This document shows, piece by piece, positions 32,391-56,900 of a stretch of 64,000 nucleotides of DNA. Each line of letters begins with the position of its first letter. The stretch's first letter is position 1. Source of the DNA: Blastocystis sp. Blastoise (taxonomy: Eukaryota > Protista > Bigyra: Opalinata); the NCBI GenBank assembly GCA_039096225.1, contig JBBPEB010000015.1, forward strand, positions 620,001-684,000, given 5' to 3'. Position numbers and translations under genes: made by a program. Below the pieces are notes generated by a model. The model worked only from the letters and a program-made list of their open reading frames with translations. It was not told the origin of the DNA and made no database searches.

Positions 32391-33614
32391 ATGAGTGTTG
32401 AAGTTGTTGAAACTGTTATTGAACCTGAAGTTATTGAAGATAACGAAGAATATCAAGAAATCTTAGATAAGATATTAAAATGTCATCTTCCTGGATGGGA
32501 TACTGTCAAATCTCTTAAGGATGTTGCTGTTAGTCGTGTCAGTGGTGCGATGACTAATATCATTTACAAATGTCATAATTTAATTAATGATGATGCTTAT
32601 TCTCCTGTCTTAGTTCGTATTTATGGTAAAGGTAGTGAAAATTTCTTTGATAGAAAACGAGAAATAGAACTTTTTACAGTATTATCTGATAATGCTTTTG
32701 GTATTAAGTTAATTACTAAGATGAAAGAAGGTCGTGTTGAACAATGGATGGAAGGATTTCAAGTATATATATATATATATATTTATCATATTATTACTTT
32801 TATTTATTAAAAAAATTAGGATAATTATATAGAATCGAATAATAATAATAATTTTTATATAGGCTCTTAAGAATTGTGATGTTCATGAAGAAAGTCATAT
32901 GTATAAGATTGCTAGTAAGTTAGCTTGTATGCATAGAATTGAGATTCCTAATCCTTCTAAGGATGATGTTTTTGATAGAATTCTTACATGGATGGGTCGT
33001 GTAAAGAGAATTTGTATATATTATTTATTATTATTATGTTTAGGAACAATTCATTTATTATTATGTTTATTAACAAATCATTAATATTATTATGTTTTAA
33101 CAATTCATTTATTATTATATGTTTATTAACAATTATTTTTTATATTTTTTTAATCTAGGTATTGATCCTAAATATGAATGTTTTGATTTTGATAATATTA
33201 TTCAAGAAATTAAGAATTATCATGAATTATTTGATAAAGATGATTATGAATTAGTATTTGCTCATCTCGATTTACAACATGGTAATATATTACAAAATGA
33301 AAATGAAGATATTATGTTTGTTGATTTCGAGTATATATTATTATTATAAGTGGTTTCTTTATATATTTTTAAAAATCTTATTCTATTACTTTATCATATT
33401 GTTATATCTATATATAAATAACATTTCTATAGATATTCTGGAGCTTCTTCTTCTGCTGAAGATATTGCTAATTACTTCTCAGAAATGATGTATGATTATA
33501 ATATGGATAATTCTGAATATATGAAGAAAGAATTATATCCTACTCTTGAACAACAAAAGTTCTTTGTTCGTTCTTATCTTGAAGCTAAACGTATATATAA
33601 ATTATTATTATATG

Positions 33615-33670
<56 letters not shown>

Positions 33671-33964
33671 TTATTATTATTCATTATTATTATTATTGAA
33701 TACTTCCTAACTATAATCTATATTAAAATATTTATAGGTGAGAATAAGAATGTATCTGAAGAAGATGTCGATAAGTTCTTAGATACTGTTCATAAACATA
33801 CTTGTTTATGTGTATTACATTGGTTTGTTTGGGGTATATTAGAAAGTGCTTTATCCGAAATCGACTGGGACTATTTCAACTATGCTAAGGACAAAATTCG
33901 TTATTATTATGAAATCAAACAACAATATTATGGTGTTCCTTCCTTAAAGATGTTAAACGAATAA
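32391..33964 (+). CDS. Choline/ethanolamine kinase, 5 exons
   Basis: VSGAMTNIIYK, VLVRIYG..FFDRKRE, GRVEQW, Brenner motif FAHLDLQHGNIL, FVDFEYS, DIANYFSEMMYDY and HWFVWG. Confidence 0.95.
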
Positions 33965-34500
33965 AATACAAAGTAGATAAATGATTTATATATATGTATC
34001 TTTTTATTATTTTATTTCATGTACTCTATCTTTATTACTATTATGTATTAAAAACTATTTTTCCATTCTTTTCTTTCTTTTTCTCTTTTATTAGTTGTAT
34101 TTATGTTGAATTTTTTTTTTCAACTCTGTTATTATTGTTTTGTTATCATAGTTTATTCTTTTGGCTTTATAACAATGTAGAAAATTACCTAAAACTGGAT
34201 ATGATTAATTATCTAGTTTAAACTTAGTCACTATTTTTTTCTTTTCGAGAGAATGATCAAAATTATTTTCACTCTTTATAAATATTTGTATTTGATAGTA
34301 TTTTGCTTTATGGTTGTAAATTTTGTGGGATCTTTTAATCATGTAAAAGCTTGAAATATATAAGAAAAATACATAAAAAAACAACTACAACAAATCAAAT
34401 GAACCACTATAAAAAATCTAAACTATTCAAATAAATAAGCTATGTAATATTTAAGATGCGCATAAATAGAGTAAACTCGATATTATAAATATTCGAATTA

Positions 34501-36542
34501 TTAGAATTTACGTATAGGTTTTCTATTTCCTCTTCGTCCAGCAGGTGTAGGTCTAGAGAATTGTTCGTCTGAAGGAGTTATAGGAGACTCTTCAGAAGGA
34601 GTAACAGAAGAAGAAGGTGTAATAATAGAATTATATAAAGAAATCAGATCATCATCTGTTGTTATTTGTACCTATATAAATAGATATTTATATACATATT
34701 TAAATAATAATAGAAGCATAAAATAATATATATTTGTAATAATCAATAAGAAAACCATACTATTTTAAGATCCTGCTTGTTGCTAGTTTCTTTAACATAA
34801 TTCACAAAAGTAGAGAAAGCAGTTGTATATAAAGTACGAACACGAATAGGTGTACCATCCATAGATATATATAAGAATTCTATATATAGAATACATAGTT
34901 ATTCTTCTGAATAATAAGAATAATATTATTATATAAACATACTGATATCATCACCCCAGTTGGTTAAATAAAAAGCAGGAGCTACAGACTCTGGCTTAAG
35001 GTAACCAATCTATAAAGTAATAAATAGGATATATAATAAGAATAATAATGTATAATAATAAACATAAATAATAAATATAAATATAATAAATATAAATATA
35101 ATAAATATAAATATAATAAATATAAATATAATAAATATAAATAAATAAATATAAATAAATAAATATAATAATAATAAATATAATAAATATAATAAATATA
35201 AATATAATAATATATATAATAATAATATATATAATAATAATATATATAATAATAATAAATATAAATATAATAAATATAAATATAATATACAAGATCTTCA
35301 ATAGTTGTATATTCAAAAACATCTTTTTGAACATACTGCTCATTTTCTACTTGAATCTTTATACATTTATGTAAACTCTATATATATTAATGATATTCAT
35401 AATAATAATATATAATAATTAAAGCATATAATTATATTAAATACATTTTCAAAGAAAGTATTAAGTTGTTCTCTTAAAGTATCTGTAAATGTGAAAGGAA
35501 CCAAAGCAAATTGTCCTAAGACAACCTTATTAATATCAAACTATAATATAATATAATATAATATAATATAATATAATATAATATAATATAATATAATATA
35601 ATATAATATAATATAATATAATATAATATAATATAATATAATATAATATAATATAATATAATATAATATAATATAATATAATATAATATAATATAATATA
35701 ATATAATATAATATAATATAATATAATATAATATAATATAATATAATATAATATAATATAATATAATATAATATAATATAATATAATATAATATAATATA
35801 ATATAATATAATATAATATAATATAATATAATATAATATAATATAATATAATATAATATAATATAATATAATATAATATAATATAATATAATATAATATA
35901 ATAAATATAATGTAATATAATATAATATAATATAATATAATATAATATAATATAATATAATATAATATAATATCTCAGATAATAATAATAATAAATAAAT
36001 AATTACTGCTTTTTGCTCTTCTCTTTCAAATTCAGTATATAAATCTTCTTTCTTTAAATCAATACAGATTTTATCTAATAAACTAGAATAGGTCATATCA
36101 TTTATATCAGTAACATGATAGTTTTCAGTAAATATACCAGCTCCTAATTTCTGTCTTAAGCTATTTTTATATGTAGAATAAGCAAACTTCACTTTAATAT
36201 TCAATGATTCAGGAACATAACTAATAAAGATCCAATTCTGATCACAATTTGGAATATCTTTCGCATAAAAGAAGAAAAAAGAAGGACCACCTTGGGCTAA
36301 TTTAACTATTTCTATATATGAACAGCATTATAAATAATACAGATTTATATATAATCAGTAGAACAATTGAGAATAGTTAATAGAATACCAGAAAATTCTT
36401 GTTCAGGATTCCCATTGTTTGGAATTAATTTTCCAACAACAAAATTATCTCCATCAAGAACGGCCTGCATACATCTAACAGAACCATCTTGAATTTCTGA
36501 AAACTGTTTACTTATTGTTTCACTAACATCAATACTAGACAT
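34501..36542 (-). CDS. TWF: Twinfilin-like (two ADF-H domains + basic C-tail), 7 exons
   Basis: WIFISYVPESLNIKVKFAYST in the first ADF-H; FLYISMDGTPIRVRTLYTT in the second; tail FSRPTPAGRRGNRK. Introns are GT..AG. Confidence 0.82.
35544..35970. repeat. (TATTA)n pentanucleotide microsatellite filling a twinfilin intron
   Basis: About 85 near-perfect units; the source of the YYIIL pseudo-ORF. Confidence 0.95.
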
Positions 36543-36821
36543 GACGTTGATATGTAGTTCTTAAATAAAAATAATAAAAGCTATATGAATCTTAAAAAAC
36601 ACTAAAACTGTTTCAAAGGATACGCTGTGAAAAAAATCCTGGGAAAAAGAAGAAGGCAAAATGAATTATCAGGTTTATAAAAATACAGGAACGTTATTAT
36701 ATATATACAGTTTGCAATAATTAAGACACATATTTTAAATAATAATCCTTCTTCAGTATTTTTTCATTTTTATTCGTTATTCTTCAATTTTTATATTTTT
36801 TTGCTTTTTATTTTCTTTCAA

Positions 36822-38660
<1,839 letters not shown>

Positions 38661-40148
38661 ACCTATTTATATATATAATCATGAATAGCTAACTCCTCTA
38701 GTATTATAGTATAAGCATACTTATTAAGCTAACTGTCTCTATTTGACATTAGAATCTATTATTCATATTACTATCTTTGTTTTTACCCTATCTTATTCTT
38801 ATCAACATTATTCTTGTTTATTATATATAAATATAATACAATTCAAGAATAATCTATATTTATTTTTGTATATATATATCTAGTTTTCTAATTTCTCTAA
38901 TTGTTTTTAATATTATTTAAATTGATTTTTTCTCTTCTTTTTATTTTTATCTTCTTTTGAATTCTCGAATAATAATAATATTGTTATTCACTTATATATA
39001 CATATATATACATATATATATCTTGAATCCATATATTTATTTATTTATATGATTAATTTATATACTTTTTTTATATTATATGTATATATCATTATGAAAA
39101 AATTATTATTTTTTCTTTTTTCACTTTTTTTCAATTTTCTTCTTCATCTTTTATTAATGAGATTTGTTTTATTATTATATCCTTTTTGATTTCTTTTTAA
39201 TGTTTATTGATTAAGAAATAAAAGATTATTTCTTTATCACATTTTATTCTGTTTCTATTTGTTATTCTATATTTAGTATTCGATTTACATTTTTTATAAT
39301 TGAATTGCTAACTCTTCTATTTTAATATTCTTTATACCTATATATATACATTGTTTTCTATACCCTAGTTATTGCATTTCTTTTCGCTTATGATCAATAT
39401 TTATATACTTATTAAATGCATTCAATTATTCCTTTTTACTCTAATTATTTATTCAACAGGCTTGCTTTCGTTGTTTTAATTCCTTTATATATTCAAATCT
39501 CTTCATTGTTATATTCATATTTTTACTTGTAAAATTATATATACTTGTTTTGTTTATATATGTATCTATTTTTTAAATATTATACTTGTTAAATACTATA
39601 AAGTATTATATATATATGATTAAAATATTCTAGGTAACCATGTTACGTATTAAAGGCTTCAAATCACTATAAAATTCACTTTTTTCATATTCTACTGACT
39701 GGTCTCCATTTAATCATGATAGATTTTTTATTTTGACATACAAACAATTATTATACATAACACTCAATTATTTATGTATACGATTTTTTTGTTTTCAAAA
39801 GTGATTATAATAAGAATGTTTCTAATATTTAAACTGTTTTCTTTACTAAAACATAAGCTATTAATAATACTTAAGAATGTTATATAATTGTGTATGTTTG
39901 ACTTTAGAGTGTATGTATTCAATTAAATATGTATAAATACCTATCTTTTGATTTATGTCATCAGTATTACTATAAAGTATCCTAACCACAGAATAATATA
40001 TTACAATAAAACAAAAAAATTATTATTATTTATTTAAAAAGCTAAACAACACAGAAACAAGAAAAAATAACACAAAAAATAAACTATTTTCAAATATATA
40101 TAATTGAATGAAAGTTGCTGATCTTGAAAAAAACTGTACAAATATAAT

Positions 40149-44316
<4,168 letters not shown>

Positions 44317-44838
44317 TGATGTGCCGATATGTATGAAGATCGATATTGACTACAAAACTAGAGAGAAAAAGACGCTAGAAATAAACAATGAGAACAAAAA
44401 GAATGCTATTTATTGAATGAAGAAACTTAACAATCTTCTTCGTTACCCGTGGTTTTTTCTTTTATATACAGAGAAAAACGAAAATATTCTTTTTTTTATT
44501 CTGGCTTGTGGAGAAAGAAGAACTCCTAATGGTGTTTCTCTCTCAAAGATTCTTTCGTTCTTTTTAAAGTTCCATTGATTTAAATGAAAATATCAGTGTT
44601 ATATGAATTCGTCAGTTAAGGTCCATCAATAATATACAAGTTTTTCTGCTTTAATAACAACAATAAAATTAATTTTAATCGTTATTCACCTCATTAATCT
44701 TTTTTCCATATATATTAACTTTGAATAATGGATTATACTCTGTTGAGAATGAAACTAAATATACATATCGAATGATTCACTGAAACCAAACTCACAGAAT
44801 TACACTCATTTTTAACTATTGTATCGTACTTAACATGA

Positions 44839-45347
44839 TTAATTCTTATTATCTTCTTCAGTCTCAGGTTGTTCTTGATTCTCTTCAGGAATAGGATTTG
44901 TTTCTGTCCAAACTATAGAAAAAATAAAGGATCAAATACAAGAATGGAGACAAATACAAAGAAGAATAAGTGTTTATAATAAAAGAGCGATTCATATATA
45001 TATGTATATAATATACCTGGTTTACTTCCACCAAGTCGCACCTTGGTAGGCTTCGAATAAGATACTTTCAACACTCTACCATAATACTCTGCATTATGCA
45101 TATTATCAATAGCTTCTTTGGCATCATCAATATCTTCATATTCAACAAATCCAAATCCTCTTTGTTTTCCAGTACCAGGATCTAATGGCATTTGCACTTC
45201 TTTGATTTCTCCGAAAGGAATGAAAGCATCATATAATAAATCTTCAGTGACTTGTTCATCGAGTCCACCTATGATTCAAAAAGAAGTAACGATATAAGCT
45301 AATGTGTTGTCATATATACTAACAAAAAGTAAATGTTTATCAGCCAT
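44839..45347 (-). CDS. Cyp33/PPIE-type RRM protein lacking the cyclophilin domain, 3 exons
   Basis: [66 protein letters not shown]..KPVW, then a short acidic tail and stop. Confidence 0.85.
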
Positions 45348-45655
45348 ATTAATATAGTGTATAAGTTTTAAATAAAAAATGAAAAAGAATGAAATGAAAT
45401 ATGCTGAATTGTGTTGAAATCATTAAAAACAAATTTTGTTCAACATTACTTTTGGACTTCAATGAATGAAAAACACAACTATTTGGTAGATTTTTTTCTT
45501 ACTTAAAGAAAGTAATTATATAAAGAAAAAGTTCAAAATACAAATAAGTAATTATTTTCTTTAATGATTATGATAAATAAATTAAAATCGATAATATTTA
45601 AATCAAAGCTATTATATACTAAAATTATAGTTAGTAATATTAAATATTCAATTGG

Positions 45656-45707
45656 AAAACAAGAAAAAACAAGAAAAAACAAGAAAAAACAAGAAAAAAT
45701 AAGAAAA
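45656..45707. repeat. (AAGAAAAAAC) 10-bp tandem repeat, about 5 copies, in a 3' flank
   Basis: Directly visible. Confidence 0.8.
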
Positions 45708-45840
45708 GGGACAAATAACTATATTTATATATAAAGAAATATACTAATCATAATTATACATTGTTTTAGTTCCAAGATGATGTATGACTGATTGAAAACT
45801 TTAGATAATAGAATAATTATAATTAAAAAAAAAAGAAAAC

Positions 45841-47852
45841 TCAATTTGGTTTTGATGGATATGTATTATGATAAATAGAATAATCATTAATATCGATATC
45901 ACTAGTTTTTCGTGGATTAAGATCGAGTTCAATACTCATTCTATTCCCATTATTATCTTTATCTAATGAATCTCTTTCAAAAGAGAATCTATGTACATTC
46001 ATAAAATCATTCTTTGGATTATTTTCTAATATATGATTTATAGCATTAATATCGTTTGATGTATCTGATATATGAACTCGTTTAGAATGATATTGACTAG
46101 AGTTCTCTTCATCGAAAAGAGATATTGTTTTTTTAGAAATAAACGTTGATGAAGAAGAAATAAAAGGATTTGTAGATGAATGACTTAAATCCGTTAATAA
46201 AGATGTTTTTGATGTATTATTACTATCAATGGAAATATCTTTTGAAGTTGTATTTATCTCGTTATCAACAGATGTAGTAGAGGATAATAAATGTATAGAA
46301 GAAGACAAAGAAGAAAGATTAGGAGAGAGTATATGTTTATCACGAAAAGAAGTACATTTAGATTTAGAAGAAGGTTTATGTAAAAGTCGACTCTTTGAAA
46401 ACTGTATAGAGATTTCCTAGAGTATAGAATATAGAATAGGCTAAGTATAATGTGTATCATTATGGAAAATATACATATGTTTATAATATAAATAGAATAG
46501 ATTCAATAATAATCAATATAAATCAATATATTACATACATCTAATTTCTTGGCAGGAGTTTGTTCTATAATATTTAGAGGTTGTGAAAAAGAGAGAAACC
46601 TCGTTTCTTTCATTTGTTTATAGATACGATTAAATACATGGCAAACCTAAAAAAGTAGTCATATAAATATTTGAAGGTTAAAATAATAATTATAAGAAAA
46701 ATTATGGTATTTCTATTAAAAATATTATAATAAACATAATAATGAGTATAATAATAATTAAGCTAGTGATAATGAGTATAATAATAATGAGTATAAAAAT
46801 ATATTAATAAATGTAATAAGTAGTAATAAACATAATAATATACAGCTTCATGTCTTGATGCTTTCATTCCACTTTCAGCATTGATAAGTGTGATTTCAGT
46901 GAATGTTGTTGATGGATAGGAGATTACTGGTGAGAATGGAATAGACAATGGATTAGAACGAATAGAAGATAGAGATGTAATAGAAAGAGAAGAATTCTCT
47001 ATTGAATTAAGTATTTTGTTATTATTAGCATTTGTAATAGTAGTAGATGTTGATTTAGGAAGAAGAGATGTTCTTGAGAGATCCTCTGGAGATACTAAAT
47101 TGATCTTTTGAGGAGTATAAGGGAAGGAAGAAGATAAAGAAGGAAAAGAAGAACGACCTATGTATATAATATAATAATATAATAATATAATAATATAATA
47201 ATATAATAATATAATAATATAATAATATAATAATATAATAATATAATAATATAATAATATAATAATATAATAATATAATAATATAATAATATAATAATAT
47301 AATAATATAATAATATAATAATATAATAATATAATAATATAATAATATAATAATATAATAATATAATAATATAATAATATAATAATATAATAATATAATA
47401 ATATAATAATATAATAATATAATAATATAATAATATAATAATATAATATACCTTCTACTTTAGACTTCATGGAATTCATATTATTCACATATTCTTTATA
47501 TGTTTCATCCTGTTTTTCAATACTATCCTGTGTATCACTTGTGCTTGACATAGTAAGATGTCTATAGGACATAGATAATTCAGACACTTCATTTATTCTA
47601 TTCGAATTCGATAGAATATGAGGGGTTGTTGTGTCTATAGGCGGTGGAGTAACTGTCTTTTGATTATTATTATTCATTGTTAGAGAAATAGTTGTATCAA
47701 ATGATATACGATTATGAGGAGAAGGTAGAGTAGTAGTAGGAATAGATAACGTAGATGATTTAGAAGGAGAAGGAGATATAGAACTAGAAGATGATGGACT
47801 TGATTTTGGATAATAATCAACAGTAAAAGAACGATTGGGATGCTCCTGAGGA

Positions 47853-47896
<44 letters not shown>

Positions 47897-48209
47897 TATA
47901 TAAAATGAGTATTATAAAGAAGACCAAGATGAATGTATATAAATATATTCTTATTCTTCAACGAATTTATGACTAAATACTAACTTTTTACTCTTTAGTC
48001 TTAAAAATTGTATTATATATAAAAAAATATATACTCACAACAGATGATTTTTCATTTTGGTTCTTACTGATATTACTTGTAATATCATCAACAGTATGGT
48101 TATTCACATGATTTCCCTTATCAGATGGAGGCAATTTACTAAGATCAATCGTTTGAAATCCTATATTTACCATAGCAAATAATAAATAAATAAATAAAAA
48201 TAATAATAA

Positions 48210-48249
<40 letters not shown>

Positions 48250-48254
48250 ATAGA

Positions 48255-48325
<71 letters not shown>

Positions 48326-49256
48326 ATGGAAATATAATATAAAAATAAAACTAAAAAAAGGAATAAACAAGAATCTAAAAAAAAAAATTAATAGTGTTTA
48401 AATAACCAATAATAATCATTAGCTAATATTGATATAATATATTTAAATACATATACATAGAAAAATAGAATTATATTAATATTATATAAGTATATATACG
48501 TTTTGGAGATGAAGATGATTTGATATAAGGAGGCGTTACAATAGGTGATTTAAAAGAGGGAGTGGTATGTTTTAAAGAAAGTGGAAGAGGTCCAAGAGAC
48601 GAATAATTCCCATTAGCATTAGCAAACACTAATGGAGACATTTCATACGGCTGTGGATTGAAAATAGAAAGACGTTTTATTCTATAATCTGTTTGAACAG
48701 GCGGTGTTGGCATTAACATGCTTGTATCTTGTGATAATTGAGAACAATAGAAAACGTCAGGAGTCTTTAATAATTGTTGACGATCAAAAACAATATGAGT
48801 TGTCTTTTGAGACAAAGGACAGTCGTCATTTTCATCACCCAATTGACTTGTATCATCAATATCCATTGATTTATTTATTTCCTATGTATGTATTACATAT
48901 ATATCTAACAATAAATCATAATATAATCATGATATACCTTATCATAATCAAGTATTTTAGAAGCAGAACAAAAACTATCATCAAGAGACACAGATAAAGA
49001 TAGACTACTCAATTCGTCATATGGAGTTAATGACATATCTTTTTGTGACCCGGAAGATAACTATGATAGATGTGACATTTATCAAAAACAACTAAACATA
49101 CTTTTTTCTTTTTACAAGTATTCAGGATAGAATCAGAATTCATTTTATCAGGTATATGTGTCTCTTCTGGAATTATCTAAAAAAATAAAATGGAAATCAA
49201 ACATAGAATACCTCAAGAGAATGTCTCCTAGGATATTCCCCTTTGTTAGGCTCCAT
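45841..49256 (-). CDS. Uncharacterised Ser/Thr/Pro-rich, largely disordered protein, about 9 exons
   Basis: ATG at 49256 (MEPNKGEYPRRHSLE). All exons join through GT..AG in one frame to the TGA at 45841. No domain recognised. Confidence 0.7.
47166..47449. repeat. (TATTATAT)n 8-bp microsatellite making up almost a whole intron
   Basis: About 35 copies between the GT donor and the AG acceptor. Confidence 0.95.
48178..48327. repeat. Intronic (TTTA)n tetranucleotide repeat
   Basis: AAAT run on the + strand. Confidence 0.9.
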
Positions 49257-50419
49257 CACTTATAATTAAAATAATATTATTGTGCACTGAGACAATTACA
49301 CAATAGAGAAAAACAAATAAAATTTATTTTACAAGTATACTTTTATAATAGGGCATAAAAACTATCTAGATATGGAAACAAAGACTTTGTTTAATTGGAC
49401 ACGTGTAATGAGAAAATTCTCTTTGGAGGGTGAAGAGGCAAAATTCAAATTAGAAATCATTTTATCAAATAAAAAATGCCATTAATTACTTCAAGTACCT
49501 TTAATTGCTATATGTTTATGCTGTAGAGATAATTGTAAAAATAAATAAGATATTCTTGTTTAAGAATTATTACTAGAGATCAAAATTGTCTCATGTTTCT
49601 TTAAATATGAAATTTAGCAATTATTTTTAATTATAATAAGAAGAGAAATGCATAAATTCAATGTAGCCAATAAAAACTACATTTTTTAAATATTATACTA
49701 GGTAATAATAATCAAATTACTTCAATTACTAAAAAGATAGTCTCATTTATGTGTTCATCATTTTTTAATGAGTTGAAGATTGTCAATTTATTAGCAGATT
49801 CTGCTATAAATACAAGTCATATAGTACTTTTAATTAAATTTAAATCCAGTATATACATATATTTAAATTGAATAACGCCTAATACACGTCTCTTAGTTTC
49901 TAAACACAAAATAAAAGCATAAATAATGTGTAAAAATGATATTAAAGTAATTCAAAGTTGATTATAAATAATAATAACAGTTCACACGTATATATTTTAT
50001 TAAAAACAATAACTTAAAATAAAATACAAGGGTGTCACTATATTAACATATGTAGGTAGCATTTTTTTAGATAATACAAAGCAAGAAATGATACAAGAAG
50101 ATATGTGATTCGAACACAATGGATTCCATTGACTTGTATATTATTTGTTTTAATAAAATTGCATATAACTAGTGATTATTATTCATAATTGACTTAAATC
50201 GTCTTGACAATTGATTAATGAGTCAGTTGATTGATTATATTTGTACAAACGAATGACCTACTCTCAAATTGATTGCTCTTTTATGCATTAAAAGTCGCAT
50301 AAAATAAATAATAAGATAAACACACATCAAACTGAATAATATTCATCAATATTCAGACACATTCACCACGAGCCAGTATCCATTTTTATCATAATAGTAA
50401 GAGTGAGCTTCCATTTACA

Positions 50420-53067
<2,648 letters not shown>

Positions 53068-53793
53068 TATATTTATATAAAAAATGATCCTTATAAATCC
53101 AACAAAGTATGATAAATAATTGTTTTAAATAAAATAAAATTTGCATATATATATATAATTTAAACACATTTAACTTTGAATTTAAAAAAAATAGTTATGA
53201 CTTATTCTTTTCATAAGATGATAATATATATTGAATGATAAAGAATAAGTTATAAGATAAATAGACTATTCAAGGAATTAATAGTTTAAAAAATATATGA
53301 TACTAAATAATGATATATAAATAAAAATAATAAAAATATGGCAAAAAAACATTTTGTGAAAAAGGACAATAAAAAAAATAATCAATGATATATATAAATA
53401 ACGCATTGATCAAAGCTTACATAATATTCAAATGTAAAAGCAAATATAAAAAAAACGGTTGCATAAGTTTACAAGATAAAATATAATAAATAAATATGTA
53501 AAAAAAAAATAATATGAAAAAGTTAATAATAGTAGAATTTTGTTAATAAATAAATAATTAGACAAATGGTTGTAAGTTAATAAAGATATATAATAAATAC
53601 TTTTGCTAAATAATAAATAAAAAATGAAAAAAATAAATAGATGCATAAAAGAATAGCATATAAAAGTATTTTAAAATCGAAATATCACTACAATATATAT
53701 AAAAACTAAAAAAAAATGTAAAAGAATAATAAAGTTTGAAAATAACATATATATAATAAAATACCTGAATTATAGAGTTCTAAAATAATAATA

Positions 53794-53909
<116 letters not shown>

Positions 53910-53916
53910 ATACACT

Positions 53917-56900
53917 TTACTCACCACAATTGAATTGGAAAGAATCAGATGGAATAACAAAATTCTTAGAAATACGTTTATGTTTATTATTATCATTATA
54001 AGGTGGAGGAGGAGGAGGATAAGATTGAAGAACTCCTTGAGGAAGAGAAGTGATATGAAATGAGAGTATCCAGTTAGTATTATATTGAAAAAAACGAACA
54101 ATATCATCAAAAGATGTAGAATCATTTACATGATCTCTATATATATAATATTTATATATATTTATATTTTTAAAATACATGAATGATGTATAATAATAGT
54201 TATTATTATATAGATATATACGATAGTTGTATCACTGGTGTAGATAGAAAAGAATTTTGAAACTTTTTCGATACATAGGAATTATATAAGAAGGACTATA
54301 ATATATATATATATGTATAATTTAATAAAACATATTTTCTTTATTATATGGAAGAGTTGAGTAAAAATAAAATCAAATTATATATAATAAAAACAATATA
54401 ATGATTATAACATATATTAACAAAAGCTTAAATAGCTAAAGAAATAAATAATATATTATTATATTTATAAAAAACCATATATATATATATATACATGTTC
54501 TCTATACTGATCACCCATATAATCATGATAATATTTAACACAAAATAATTCATTTAATGTCCCATTCAGATCAGTCAATTTAATATGTTTACGTTGTTTC
54601 TTCATCATATAATTCTTTATTTCTCTCATTTTTTGGGATGGTGCACCAGGATAAGGACGAAAATCAGAATAATTATATGTCTTAGGATATTCTAAATAGT
54701 ATATATATACTATTATATACTATTATAGTATTTTATATTATAAACTATTATTTACTATACTATACTATACTATTATATTATTATATAAATACTATAATAT
54801 ACTATTATATAAGGTAATATATAAATACTAGGAGTATAAATAGGAGTAGTTCTATTTTCAAGTCGATAATGTAAAAGATGAAAATTTATTTCTTCCTGAA
54901 ACTTTTGCTCTAATTGTCTTCTTTTTGAGTCATATATATAGAAATTGGGTAGAATAAGTGTACGATTCAGATAAAGAGCAAGCATGGACATTACAGTCAA
55001 TATTTTCTGTTTATCTTCTATATATATATATACATATATATATATAGGAAGTAATAGAAATTTCTAGTGACTTAAATATAACAGTTAGAAACATAGGAAT
55101 ATATATATATACTTAAATATCGAATTTTGTTACTATACGAAAAAGTAAGAAACAGTTTGTCTTGTGTTTGATAATACTGCTCTTTATTATATGTATATAT
55201 ACCTAACTCTTTAAAGCGATAGATCTTTGCCGCGTTGCCAATAATCCAATTATTATGAATCATTACACATGTTTTACCTATATTATATTATATTATATTA
55301 TATTATATTATATTATATTATATTATATTATATTATATTATATTATATTATATTATATTATATTATATTATATTATATTATATTATATTATATTATATTA
55401 TATTATATTATATTATATTATATTATATTATATTATATTATATTATATTATATTATATTATATTATATTATATTATATTATATTATATTATTATATTATT
55501 ATATTATATTATATTATATTATATTATATTATATTATATTATATTATATTATATTATATTATATTATATTATATTATATTATATTATATTATATTATATT
55601 ATATTATATTATATTATATTATATTATATTATATTATATTATATTATATTATATTATATTATATTATATTATATTATATTATATTATATTATATTATATT
55701 ATATTATATTATATTATATTATATTATATTATATTATATTATATTATATTATATTATATTATATTATATTATATTATATTATATTATAAACTATTATATT
55801 ATATTATATATATATATATATATATTATATATATTATATTATATTATATTATATTATATTATATTATATTATATTATATTATATTATATTATATTATATT
55901 ATATTATATTATATTATATTATATTATATTATATATTCTACAAGTATTACTATAGTCAATTCATGCAACCATATCATAAAAATATATACAATCATTAATA
56001 TTCCTTCCATGTCTATTAATATAGAAGAAAGATCTTCCATCTTGAAATCTCCATTGATCTAGAGGTTCCCAAGAGAGCACGTTATTCTTTGTATACCAGA
56101 ATAATAACTGATTCAATGAATCCTGGTCGTTCATTAAATTTTTTTTCATATAACGTAATATGTCATACATAAAGGAAATAACAAGAGCTGTTGACTTTAA
56201 ATAGCTATATGTATATATAGTTATAAAGAAGTATGTTTGTAATAACATACTATTATTATATATTTAATATACAAATAATAATGATAAAAATTAATTGTAC
56301 AACACTATATTAAATATATATATATATATATATATATATACAAGAATCCTCCATTGACACTTCTATATTCAAATCCACTTTCAATAGACATATTAGCATC
56401 ATAAGTATGATTAAAATAATGAAAAGGGTTATCTAATAATAGTATATCGACATCACTAAGTAGAATTGAAAAACCTTCTTCAAGAAATTGTATTATAGTT
56501 TTAACTCTATTTTCCATCATAATATTAAGTAATGGTGAATTATATGTTGTTTTACCGTCATCTTCCACAGATTTAGAAAATCGAATAGCATTTATATTGT
56601 TATCTACCAATGACTATGAAGAGAAAAATATAAAACTTGTTTAAGATTATAAACTTTATTGAAAACAAAATATATATATACCTTGTAGATTATTTCATCA
56701 CCACATATAAACACGTAGTTACTGATATTAAGTTTATTTAATGAATTTTCATAGAACATAATTGTCATCTCATGATACTTCTTGGTAACAAATGAAATAA
56801 GAATTTCATTTTGATTTGTTCTAGATCGTATATAGTTCACTGTATCACTTTCCATATAATTTATACCGTGAATATGATTTTCTTTTTTAAACACTAAAAA

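Noticed and set aside
55255-55998. 247-aa and 228-aa YYIIL-repeat ORFs on the + strand
   Set aside because: Translations of an intronic (TATTA)n microsatellite, antisense to the GT77 gene.
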